Below, piece after piece: positions 27,317 to 36,441 of a stretch of 64,000 nt of DNA. The number at the start of each line of letters is the position of its first letter. The stretch's first letter is position 1. A program made the position numbers and the translations under genes. Origin of the DNA: Terriglobia bacterium (GTDB lineage: Bacteria > Acidobacteriota > Terriglobia > 20CM-2-55-15); assembly GCA_965198225.1 (NCBI GenBank), contig CBDAOY010000008.1:544001-608000 (forward strand), read 5' to 3'. Under the pieces are notes generated by a model, which made no database searches, was not told where the DNA came from, and saw only the letters and a list, made by a program, of their open reading frames with translations.

Positions 27317-29356
27317 CTACCGATTCCGCGTCAGCCGAATCGGTCGGTTCTGTCCCATCAGGTTGTTCTCGAACAGAGCATTGGTGGCTTCCAACGCAAC
27401 GCGCATCGAAGAGGGGCGCCAGCGGTGCCAACCGTGCGGCTCGCCGTCGAAGACACGGTAGTCAAACCACTTGCCCTGGGCCTCGGCCTGGACGGCGAAC
27501 TGTTCGATTTGCTGGAACGGAGCCGTCGGATCGCTACCTCCGTAGAGGAAGATGATCGGCGTTCTCAATGTGTCGACGAAGTTCGTCAAAGAACGTTCGT
27601 AGAAAGGGAGGGGGGCTACGATCGGCGTCGAGCCGATCATGTAACGGGTCCAGGCGGCCATTGTGGGGTAGGAGGAAGCCGTCACGAGATCGATCACGCC
27701 CTGAAGGGAGACTGCCGCGACGAACCGGCTCTCGTCGCGGATGAGAGCCGCGCTCACGAGAAAACCACCGGTTCCCGAACCGAAGATCGCAACCCGCTCA
27801 GAATCGATCAGCCCTTCGCCCGCCAGCCGGTCCAGGCCAATGAAAGCGTCGCGTACGTCCATTTCTCCGCCTTTACCGAAGATGGCCTGTCGATAGTCTT
27901 TGCCCCGTCCACTCGAACCCCGCACGTTGGGCGAGAAGACCAGGTATCCCTCGCTCACGAGGGACTGGACGAACGGGTTCCATGCGACAGCGCTCTGGCC
28001 TTCGAGTGTGTCCCTGAAGACCAGGATCGCAGGATGCCGCGTGTTTGCGGTTGCACCTCTTGGCCGGTAGACCAGCGCAGAAATCTCCTCGCCGTCGAAG
28101 GTTGGGTACACGAATTCCTCAGGAGTTACGAATCGAGACTCTCTTTGGAGTTCGAGCGGCATCGAGTTTGTCAGTGGGCTGGATCGACCTCCGGTCGCGT
28201 TGGCGACCCAGACATCGGATGCTTTCGTGGGACTCGAGTGGGTAAAAGTGATCAACCGGCCGTCGGGTGACCACGCCAAGTGGCCGTGCGGGCTGGAATC
28301 TTTCCGGTCAAAACCGCCGTTGGTCCCCGGTCTGTCTGAAACCCGGACCGGGCTGCCGCCACCAGACGGGACCCGCCAGATCTGAAACTCGAGCCCGTCA
28401 TTCTGCACGTAGGCGATCGTCGATCCGTCGGGGGACCACTGGGGGGTCAACTGATCGACCTCGATATCGCTCAACGGCGTCCGCCCTCCGCTTTCGACAT
28501 CGATTACGTAGAGGTTGCTGTAACCGTTCTGTTCAGACGCGATCGCCAGCTTCGAAGAATCCGGAGACCAGGACGGCGCGTAGTCACGGTAGCGTTGCGT
28601 CCCTGGTGTCAGCAGTCGCGCCGGACCGCCCGACGTCGAAACGACGAAAATGTCCTCGTTGTCGCGACGGTTGTCGTTCGGTAGCGGATCGGACACGAAC
28701 GCGAGCCACGCACCATCAGGGGACCATTGTGGATCCGAGGCCGGCGTTTCGGTCGGGCGTTCGACCAGGCCCGAGTCGATGTCCACGACCGCCAGTTGGG
28801 CCAGTCCCGCAGAGTCGGAGGTGAAAGCGAGTCGTCTGCCGTCGGGAGACCACCGCGGTTCGCGTTCGTCGCTCGGTGAACGGGCAAACACCGCCGATTC
28901 CCCGCCCGCCGGTCTCACGCCGTAAATGTCTCCCCTGCCCCCCGGCAGTTCGGCAACGTAGGCAATCCACTCCCCGTCGGGAGACCACTGCGGGTCGGAC
29001 TTTGGCAGGGTGTCGGAGGTGATCCGCCTGGGCGCGCTGGCGTCTGAATCGACGATCCATATTTCCGACGCGCCGCCCTGTGCGGAAACGAAGGCGAGTT
29101 CCGACACGTCTGGAGACCAGGTAAATTCATAGACGCCTGTCGCCCTGGACAGGGCCTCTGGACTCAGGGGGATGCGAGCTTCCTGTGTGAGTAGCATGCT
29201 GACCCCGAAAGAAGCTGCAAAGATGATGGCGATAAAGACAAGACGAGGCAGGAAGTCCCCCTTCAAGCCTCCGATTCTGAAGTTCTCAGCCACAACCGGG
29301 TCCCCTCCGAAACATTCTACTCGAATCTGCGCGTCGTCCACCCCCTCCCCTCCCAC
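27317..29356 (-). CDS. S9 peptidase-like protein with a PD40/TolB beta-propeller; nucleophile motif degenerate (start uncertain)
   Basis: Multiple WSPDG repeats, PNVRGSSGRG, FGSGTGG in place of GxSxGG, GEPHG. Confidence 0.85.
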   Translation of the reverse strand: MGGEGVDDAQIRVECFGGDPVVAENFRIGGLKGDFLPRLVFIAIIFAASFGVSMLLTQEARIPLSPEALSRATGVYEFTWSPDVSELAFVSAQGGASEIWIVDSDASAPRRITSDTLPKSDPQWSPDGEWIAYVAELPGGRGDIYGVRPAGGESAVFARSPSDEREPRWSPDGRRLAFTSDSAGLAQLAVVDIDSGLVERPTETPASDPQWSPDGAWLAFVSDPLPNDNRRDNEDIFVVSTSGGPARLLTPGTQRYRDYAPSWSPDSSKLAIASEQNGYSNLYVIDVESGGRTPLSDIEVDQLTPQWSPDGSTIAYVQNDGLEFQIWRVPSGGGSPVRVSDRPGTNGGFDRKDSSPHGHLAWSPDGRLITFTHSSPTKASDVWVANATGGRSSPLTNSMPLELQRESRFVTPEEFVYPTFDGEEISALVYRPRGATANTRHPAILVFRDTLEGQSAVAWNPFVQSLVSEGYLVFSPNVRGSSGRGKDYRQAIFGKGGEMDVRDAFIGLDRLAGEGLIDSERVAIFGSGTGGFLVSAALIRDESRFVAAVSLQGVIDLVTASSYPTMAAWTRYMIGSTPIVAPLPFYERSLTNFVDTLRTPIIFLYGGSDPTAPFQQIEQFAVQAEAQGKWFDYRVFDGEPHGWHRWRPSSMRVALEATNALFENNLMGQNRPIRLTRNR

Positions 29357-29495
29357 TGCATACCACGGATTTCCTTCCGTTTCGCCCCGATTCCCTCCGC
29401 GAAACGATGGCGGGGCGGAAAACCCTCTTGCAACTGTGAATCGTTGAGGTTAGCCTACGCGGCGCGATCATAAGTGTCATGAATAAGGAGGCTGA

Positions 29496-29843
29496 ATGAG
29501 TCTAACGATAAAAACCCGCAAGGTGGACGGTATCACGGTTGTGGACATGTCGGGCCGGCTGACGATCGGGGAGCCCGTGCTGCAACTCCGTGACAACATT
29601 CGCGGGTTCATCGACGATGGAGACCTGCGTTTCATCCTCAACCTGGGTGACGTGTCCTACATCGACAGCTCCGGGCTGGGCGAGCTCGTTTCCACCTACA
29701 GGACCGTCCGGAACCGCGAGGGTGACGTCAAACTGCTGAATCTGACCTCGAAAGCAAAGGATCTTCTGCAGATGACCAAGCTGCTGACGGTTTTCGATAC
29801 CTACGAGGACGAGTCCAAGGCAGTAGAAGCCGTGAAGGGCTGA
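29496..29843 (+). CDS. STAS anti-sigma factor antagonist
   Basis: VSYIDSSGLGELV; AAGGAGG RBS. Confidence 0.95.
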   Translation: MSLTIKTRKVDGITVVDMSGRLTIGEPVLQLRDNIRGFIDDGDLRFILNLGDVSYIDSSGLGELVSTYRTVRNREGDVKLLNLTSKAKDLLQMTKLLTVFDTYEDESKAVEAVKG

Positions 29844-29866
29844 CGCGGTTTGCCGGGTCGGGGGAG

Positions 29867-29964
29867 TGGCGGAAGTGCGTGGGAGTCGAACCCACCGAAC
29901 GCCGGTTCCCCGACGTCCCACTGGCTTTGAAGGCCAGGAGAGTCACCGGACCCTACTCACTCCC
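29867..29964 (-). tRNA. selC: tRNA-Sec (anticodon UCA)
   Basis: 98 nt; 6-bp D stem with 4-nt loop, CTGGC-CTTCAAA-GCCAG anticodon arm, long variable arm, GTGGG-TTCGACT-CCCAC T arm, G discriminator plus CCA; TATAAT just upstream. Confidence 0.95.
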
Positions 29965-30191
29965 GCAACCGATTATAGACGAGCGATACCCGATGAGGGC
30001 GACATTATAGCCCGAATCAGCGCGCCGTGGCGGCTATCGCGGTAACGTCGAAAAGGCTGTCCTCCAGAACATTCTTTTCCCTATAATCACGTCACTTCAG
30101 AGAACGAACGCTGTAGAAATGGACCTTGGGTTCCCGGGGACCGGCTGGCCGGGTCCCGGAAGCCGGCATTGGATTTGCCAAAGGAGTGCTT

Positions 30192-31253
30192 ATGAGCGAC
30201 TTGAACCGACGCGGCTTCATTAAGTCCGCGATGGCCGCCTCGGTGGCGGGGACGCTGGGCCCGTTCGATGCGGCCGCCCAATCCTTGTCGGAAGCACGTC
30301 CGCCGAGGCCGATCGCCATCTCGAGCGCAAACGGTACGCGAGCCATCGACCGGGCCATGGAAATGATGCGCCAGGGGGAAGACACTCTGGACGCCGTGGT
30401 GGCGGGCGTGAACATCGTCGAGGACGATCCCAACGATCGAAGTGTTGGCTACGGAGGCTTACCCAACGAGGACGGTGTCGTCGAACTCGACTCCTGCGTC
30501 ATGCATGGGCCATCGAATGGCGCCGGCGCCGTGGCATCCATCCGGAACATCAAGAATCCGTCCTCGGTCGCCAAGGTCGTGATGGAGCGCACCGACCATG
30601 TCCTGCTCGTCGGTGAAGGGGCACTGCGGTTCGCCAGAGCTCACGGGTTCGAGGAAGTGAACCTGCTCACTGATGAGTCCCGGGAGCGCTGGCTCCGGTG
30701 GAAGGAAAACCTGAGCGACCGTGACGATTGGATTCCCCCATCGGAAGGTTCCGGCAACGCCTTGATGTACGACTCCGAACGCGTCTACGGCACGATCAAC
30801 TGCAACGCAGTCAACGAGCGGGGTGAAGTCTCCGGCGTCACGACCACGAGCGGGCTGTCGTTCAAGATACCCGGTCGTGTCGGCGATTCCCCCATCTTCG
30901 GCGCAGGTCTGTACGTCGATGGAGCGGTCGGAGCATGCGGATCGACGGGCCGGGGCGAAGCGAACCTGACCACGTGCGCTAGCTTCCTTGCAGTCGACAG
31001 CATGCGTCGGGGAATGTCCCCCGAGCAAGCCGGGCTGGAAGCATGCAAGCGGATTGCGGAGAAGACAACGAGTCCGCGCCTCCTCAACGATGACGGGCAT
31101 CCGAATTTCAACGTCAACTTCTATGTCGTCAACAAGCGGGGGGAGTACGCGGGCGCGTCGATCTGGAGCGGCAGCCGGTTCGCGGTGCACGACGGCAACG
31201 AGTCTTCCATCAAGCAGTGCGCCTATCTGTTTGAAAGGCCCCCGCGAGGCTGA
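30192..31253 (+). CDS. N4-(beta-N-acetylglucosaminyl)-L-asparaginase family Ntn hydrolase, Tat-exported
   Basis: NRRGFIK Tat signal, SVGYGGLP, G|TIN nucleophile, GRVGDSP. Confidence 0.92.
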   Translation: MSDLNRRGFIKSAMAASVAGTLGPFDAAAQSLSEARPPRPIAISSANGTRAIDRAMEMMRQGEDTLDAVVAGVNIVEDDPNDRSVGYGGLPNEDGVVELDSCVMHGPSNGAGAVASIRNIKNPSSVAKVVMERTDHVLLVGEGALRFARAHGFEEVNLLTDESRERWLRWKENLSDRDDWIPPSEGSGNALMYDSERVYGTINCNAVNERGEVSGVTTTSGLSFKIPGRVGDSPIFGAGLYVDGAVGACGSTGRGEANLTTCASFLAVDSMRRGMSPEQAGLEACKRIAEKTTSPRLLNDDGHPNFNVNFYVVNKRGEYAGASIWSGSRFAVHDGNESSIKQCAYLFERPPRG

Positions 31254-31284
31254 CGGATTCAATGAGGCGCCCCCCGGTGCCGGT

Positions 31285-31464
31285 GTAGGTGCGGTCTGTG
31301 ACCGCACATCGTCCTGGTTAAGGAGGGCGTGGGGGGACCGGACCAACTGTCTTTCTCCGCGAACCGACGCACCGCAATTCGGTCCGTGAACGTTCAGTCT
31401 TTCGTCGTGAGGGGGACGGTGGGCCCGACGCTAATAGATGGTTCCGCTCATAGAGCGCACCTAC
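31285..31464. repeat. GTAG-type REP doublet (REPIN), family C
   Basis: GTAGGTGCGGTCTGTGACCGCAC ... CGCTCATAGAGCGCACCTAC inverted pair. Confidence 0.8.
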
Positions 31465-31556
31465 ACTTGAGGATCACGGTTTCCTCGTTCGTTTCACACC
31501 TTCTCAGCGATCCGCACTCAGCCGTCAGCCATTGGAACTATTAAGAACGTGCACCA

Positions 31557-32975
31557 ATGACCTACGAAGAGGCGTTCTCGGCCCTGAAGGCCGGCGAGTA
31601 CGAGCGAGCGGCGAAGCTGTTCGAACCCGCTGCACGGGAGATGGGCTACGGGTCCGACATCATCAACAACGCCTACACGCTGGCCCTGCACCTGGCCGGA
31701 GACCAGTCCCGATTGGCCGACGTGGCATTTCGTGTCGGAAACATGATCCTGCCCGATGATCCGGCTTCCGCACTGGACTATTTTCAGCGTGCCCTGTTTG
31801 CCGGCCTGGAAGGGAACCGCACCCGACAGATCGGTGAGGTGTTCGAACAGTGGTCCGAAGCCGTGCGTGAAGGAGATGAGGGAGGGAAGCCCTCGGCTCC
31901 CTTCCGGCACGTGGCTCATGTCGTCGGTTGCCTGCTGCCCGGACACGCGCCCAGCATCTATCTGCAGAGTCTGACGCGAAGCCTGACCTCCCATGGCATC
32001 GCATCGACGGTCTTTACGACCGAGTGGGCCTCTTCCTGGTTCTTCAACCCGAAGGACATCGGGCAGTCGCAGCAGCTGGACATCGATGCCGATGTGCGGG
32101 TCGCATCCGTCGAAGGCGATTTCTTCGAACGCGCGGAGCGCGTCGCTAGCGCCGTCCGTCAGTCGGGTTGCGGCGCCGCCTTCTATCACGCAAGCCTGAC
32201 CGAGCAGATTACCGCACGTGTCGCCGCGCTTCATCCCGCGCCTGTCCAGGTGAACGTCAACCACGGCGGGGAGATGGCAGCGGATCTGTTTGACGCATCG
32301 GTCCACCTGTTCCAGAATGCGTTAGAGAGAACGCAGTTCCCGGATCGGCAGAACACATGGATCCCCCTGGCTTCCGACATCGAGGCGCGTCTCGAGACCG
32401 CGCCTCCGGCCGACCGTCGCCAGCTGGGCCTGGCAGCGTCAGGAACGGTTTCGGCGACGTTCGGCAACCTGTACAAGATCTCCGGCGAGGATTACCTGCG
32501 CACATTGACGGAGGTCCTCCGTCGTTTTCCTGCCCACATCCATCTCTTTGCCGGATCCGGAGACGTTCGACAGGCCAGAAGCTACTTGCATCGTGCCGGG
32601 GTGCTCGGACAGGTGCGCTTCCTCGGACATCAGAGTGATGTCGCCCACCTGCTGCCATTGATCGATGTGTACATTGCGTCATTCCCTCACTCCGGAGGGC
32701 ACTCTGTGCTGGAAGCGATGGGTTCCGGCAAGCCAGTCGTCGTCCTCGGATACCCCTCGGATTCACACTACAACTCGGGCGCTGAGCTCGTCGGCCTGGA
32801 TGAACTGGTCGCCGCCGGGCATGAAGCCTTCGTTGAGATCGCGGATCGATTGATCCGGGACGCCGATTACCGGGACGCCGTCTCACAGGCCGTCCAGGAA
32901 CGCTTTCGCAGGGAGTTCCGGCCCGAGCATCTCGGGCGGCGATATAAGGAGTTTCTCGACGAGTTAGTCGGCTGA
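31557..32975 (+). CDS. GT-B glycosyltransferase with an N-terminal TPR-like region
   Basis: VRFLGHQSDV, SFPHSGGHSVLEAMGSGKPVV. Confidence 0.85.
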   Translation: MTYEEAFSALKAGEYERAAKLFEPAAREMGYGSDIINNAYTLALHLAGDQSRLADVAFRVGNMILPDDPASALDYFQRALFAGLEGNRTRQIGEVFEQWSEAVREGDEGGKPSAPFRHVAHVVGCLLPGHAPSIYLQSLTRSLTSHGIASTVFTTEWASSWFFNPKDIGQSQQLDIDADVRVASVEGDFFERAERVASAVRQSGCGAAFYHASLTEQITARVAALHPAPVQVNVNHGGEMAADLFDASVHLFQNALERTQFPDRQNTWIPLASDIEARLETAPPADRRQLGLAASGTVSATFGNLYKISGEDYLRTLTEVLRRFPAHIHLFAGSGDVRQARSYLHRAGVLGQVRFLGHQSDVAHLLPLIDVYIASFPHSGGHSVLEAMGSGKPVVVLGYPSDSHYNSGAELVGLDELVAAGHEAFVEIADRLIRDADYRDAVSQAVQERFRREFRPEHLGRRYKEFLDELVG

Positions 32976-33016
32976 GCGGTAATGACCGATGTGGGACAGA
33001 TGGATCTTTCGGACTA

Positions 33017-33124
33017 TCGCAAATCGCGATATTTGAAAGAATCCGCATTGCAGGTTGTAAATTGGAAATTGTTTTATTTCAGATTTCCGGCCAATAAGAA
33101 ATCGAGCAATCTCCAATTCCCAAT
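33017..33124. repeat. AT-rich repeat family B copy
   Basis: Similar to 21622-21815. Confidence 0.7.
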
Positions 33125-33126
33125 AG

Positions 33127-34293
33127 TTAGCTCCCGCCCCTGTCATTCAGCAGATCGATGTACCAGCCGGTCATCTTCCTGGCGAATTCCGGCGTCACCT
33201 TGGGGCAAGAAATCGCAGTGTTGGAAAGGGCCCCCAGTGCGCGGGTGCAATCGAAGCGGGGTTCGCTCCTCAGGTACTGGTAGTAGAAAGCCATCTGGCG
33301 CTGGAAGAGGGCTTCGATCTTCGTCATCGGGGCATCTTCGAAGGCCGCTTCTTCCACGAGATGGATCCCCTCGACGCGAAGCTGGTCGCAGACGATGTCC
33401 ATCCAGACCTTGTTCTCGGTCGCTGTTGGGTTGGCAAGGTGGTAGATCGAGCCTGCACTCGAACTCTGACCGGCGATAGCTACCATGGCCTCTGTCACGT
33501 AATCGACAGGGACGAAATTGAGGGTCGAGGTTTCCGATCCGAGCACCCTGAGGGGCAATAGAACGATGTCGGTGCCTTTCTGTCGCCGCCTCAGGCGCTG
33601 GATCACCGTCCAGAGGCCACGGATGAATGCGTAGACACCGTGGAAATGTGTGGCGTATCCGGTTTCCGATTCGCCGATGACGATACTGGGCCGGTAGGTC
33701 GATGCCGAGATCCTGCCGCCGCGGTGCGCGGTATCGATCAGGACTTCCGACTGGCACTTCGAATCCTCGTACGGGTTCTTGAATTCCTGACCGACATCAA
33801 TTTCGTCTTCACGCACGGTGCCGGTCCGGTTGCCCGCGACATAAGCAGTGCTGACATGGTGCAGGCGTCCGCTGGCCGTTCCGGATGTCCACTCGATGAT
33901 GTTCCGCGTGCCTTCCAGGTTCATCTGGAAGATGCTTTTCCGGTCTTCTTCCAGGAACGACAGCGACGCCGCACAATGCCATACCTCATCCGTCGTGGCC
34001 GTCAGGCGTTCGTGGTCCGCCGGGGCGATACCGAGGCCGGGGGCGGAGATGTCGCCTTCGACGACCTTGAGGCGGTCCAAGCGGCCTTCCAGACCCTCGT
34101 CGGCCCGAGCAACCCGGCCGAGGGTTGCGGTGACACGCTCATGAGCCGTCTCGGTTCTCGAAGCACGGGCGAGCGTCGTGACGTGATGGCCGTTCTTGAT
34201 TAACGCTTCGCAGAGATGACTTCCGAGAAACCCGGTTGCCCCAGTCAAGAAAATGCTCCTAGGAGTCTGCGCGGTAGAACGATTTTGGGTCAT
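33127..34293 (-). CDS. Extended SDR / fatty acyl-CoA reductase-like (NAD_binding_4)
   Basis: FLTGATGFLG, HCAA, HVSTAYVAG, YEDSK, YRPSIVIG. Confidence 0.88.
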   Translation of the reverse strand: MTQNRSTAQTPRSIFLTGATGFLGSHLCEALIKNGHHVTTLARASRTETAHERVTATLGRVARADEGLEGRLDRLKVVEGDISAPGLGIAPADHERLTATTDEVWHCAASLSFLEEDRKSIFQMNLEGTRNIIEWTSGTASGRLHHVSTAYVAGNRTGTVREDEIDVGQEFKNPYEDSKCQSEVLIDTAHRGGRISASTYRPSIVIGESETGYATHFHGVYAFIRGLWTVIQRLRRRQKGTDIVLLPLRVLGSETSTLNFVPVDYVTEAMVAIAGQSSSAGSIYHLANPTATENKVWMDIVCDQLRVEGIHLVEEAAFEDAPMTKIEALFQRQMAFYYQYLRSEPRFDCTRALGALSNTAISCPKVTPEFARKMTGWYIDLLNDRGGS

Positions 34294-34482
34294 TGTGACC
34301 ACAGCATAGTGTGTGTGCGCAGCACTTAGCATCGACATGTAGTACCGGGTTTCTTCTGCCGCGCAGACTCCTAGCCCCCATTTCTCTCCGGAGGTTCGCC
34401 GGTACCGGCCTCGATTTCCCCGACAACAGGGCGTGGCGTCGGTGAGAAGTGTGGGTGCCCGAACTTTCGTGAGAAGTTCGAG

Positions 34483-35589
34483 CTAACTTGGCGTTCCGGC
34501 ATGAAACGGCTGGATCCTTTCGATTATGTCGCCGGATGAGGCGGGCTGGTAGAAGCGGATGATCGCTCCACGTTTCTTCCGCCATTCGTCCGCCCCCATC
34601 GCAAGGACGTTTCGCAACTCTTCCAGGGTTCGCACCGCAAACCCGAACCCCTGACGGGAGGCAGCTTCGAAGAGGCCGGACTCCTGGGGCATCAGTCCGC
34701 CGATCCCCGTCAGCACGGCGGGAACGAGGGAGGCCAGACTCTCGTAAGTGGATAGTGCTCCCGGTTTTGTGATCACGAGGTCGGATGCGCCCACGAGTCG
34801 ATGGATTTCGTACACGTATCCGTAGGTGCGGATTCTCTCGTCCTCCAACCGGGCCAGGCGGCGGCGGAGTCGGGCGTTACGCCCGCACACGACCAGCACG
34901 GTCGCCCCCGGCGCCGCCTCGCGCACGGCGCGGACGAGGCGGAACAGTGGGCCGCCGCCCCGTGCGCCTCCGTTCACGAGCACCGTTTCACCCTCCTGCA
35001 AGCCCAGGGCCTCGCGCAACTGGGCCACCTCGTCGGCTGAGTGCGGCCGAAACCCGTCGCGCAGCGGCATGCCGACCCGTCTTATCTTGCGGCGGTCGAT
35101 CCCGTTTGCGGCGAGTGCAGCGGCCGCTTCCGCGGTCGTGACGAAGTAGCCCTGCACGTATGGCGAGGCCCATCCTCTCCAGAAGGGAGGGAAGGGGTCC
35201 GTGATGAACGTGTAGCAAGGAATCCGAAAGCCCTGTTCCTGTATCCACCGTTGGATCATGTGGTTAAGCATCGGGTGGACCGACAGGATGACGTCCGGGT
35301 GCTCCGCCTCGATAAAGCGCCGGATATAGCGCCGGACCAGCCGGTAGAAGATGTTGCCTTCGTATGGTTTCAGGACATCGATCACGCGGAAAAAAAAGCC
35401 CATCCAGGCCGGTCGGTGAGTGAGAAGAAGGTTATAAAGACTTGCCAATGAACGATTTACAATAGCGGATTCTTCCAGCGGTTTTCTCAGTGAGACCTCG
35501 ATCCCGGCTTTGGTGCCTGCGGCGGCCAGGGCGCGAGCAGCGGAGTTGTGTCCTTCACCTGTGTCGGAGGAGAGTATCAGTAGTCGCAT
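34483..35589 (-). CDS. MGDG synthase/UgtP-like GT28 glycosyltransferase
   Basis: TGEGHNSAA, SVHPM, ITD, GMPLR, ITKPG, PQE. Confidence 0.88.
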   Translation of the reverse strand: MRLLILSSDTGEGHNSAARALAAAGTKAGIEVSLRKPLEESAIVNRSLASLYNLLLTHRPAWMGFFFRVIDVLKPYEGNIFYRLVRRYIRRFIEAEHPDVILSVHPMLNHMIQRWIQEQGFRIPCYTFITDPFPPFWRGWASPYVQGYFVTTAEAAAALAANGIDRRKIRRVGMPLRDGFRPHSADEVAQLREALGLQEGETVLVNGGARGGGPLFRLVRAVREAAPGATVLVVCGRNARLRRRLARLEDERIRTYGYVYEIHRLVGASDLVITKPGALSTYESLASLVPAVLTGIGGLMPQESGLFEAASRQGFGFAVRTLEELRNVLAMGADEWRKKRGAIIRFYQPASSGDIIERIQPFHAGTPS

Positions 35590-35774
35590 CCCCCCGGCAC
35601 GATAGCATATTTTCTCTACACCACCCGCGCGTAACAGCCGATGAGATAAGGGAAAGCGGACTGTGAGGGGAACGGCGGAGAGTGGATAGCTGACGGGAAA
35701 TTTCGATCCGGCCAGGCAAGCCAGGTTTCCCGACTTCGCACGGTTCGCGAGTCTGTCCCGGTCAGGAGACACCA

Positions 35775-36335
35775 ATGGACGCAGGGGATCGCAGGGTGGC
35801 GCTAGTCTGGATCTACCTCGGACGCAACCCTTCGGAAAGACTGGAAACGGTAGGTTCCATCGATGGTGGAAGGATGGAACTCGTCGCGGTCGGAAACGTC
35901 GAGGTGCAGAAGGCTGCCGAGCTGTTCACCTTCTCGCGCCCGGAAGTCTCGGTGCGAACCGTGGATTCCGTTTCGATGGATGCGATCTGGCAGGCTGTCC
36001 CGACCGATGTCGGCGCGGTCGTTTTCTGGATGGACGACGAGAAGCTGGTTCACCGGGAGTTTCCCGTCGAGATGGCGGCGCCGATCTTTGCCGACAACGG
36101 GGCGGCTGAACAGCAGCTCCACTACTGGGACGGCAACGCGATGGCAATCTCACGTTCGGCGGGCGAGGCGCTTTCTATACAGGATCTCACCCTACGTGGT
36201 GACACTCTTCTGACCCTGATGTCGGACGTCGTCAATCGCGGCACGCGCCTGCAGAGCGATCGGATGAGGATCGTCTTTTCGCCGATGGAGCGGTTTGCGG
36301 CCATTGCGAACGAACCTGTCGGGGCAGTGTCGTAA
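35775..36335 (+). CDS. Hypothetical protein
   Basis: AGGAG RBS, plausible composition; no recognised domain. Confidence 0.65.
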   Translation: MDAGDRRVALVWIYLGRNPSERLETVGSIDGGRMELVAVGNVEVQKAAELFTFSRPEVSVRTVDSVSMDAIWQAVPTDVGAVVFWMDDEKLVHREFPVEMAAPIFADNGAAEQQLHYWDGNAMAISRSAGEALSIQDLTLRGDTLLTLMSDVVNRGTRLQSDRMRIVFSPMERFAAIANEPVGAVS

Positions 36336-36369
36336 GAATCGTAGGCCGTAGGCCGTTGCCCGTTGAAGA

Positions 36370-36424
36370 ACCACCCCGTCTGCACCTTCGGTGCAGCCAC
36401 CCCTCCTTGGTCAAGGAGGGGAGT
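36370..36424. repeat. Repeat family D (CCCCGTC...CAGCCACCCCTCCT-N6-AGGAGGGGAG)
   Basis: Second copy at 41322-41371. Confidence 0.75.
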
Positions 36425-36441
36425 CGTTTCCACACACAGTC

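Noticed and set aside
29500-29964. Genomic island integrated at selC
   Set aside because: No integrase and no duplicated tRNA 3' end seen; the neighbours are ordinary genes
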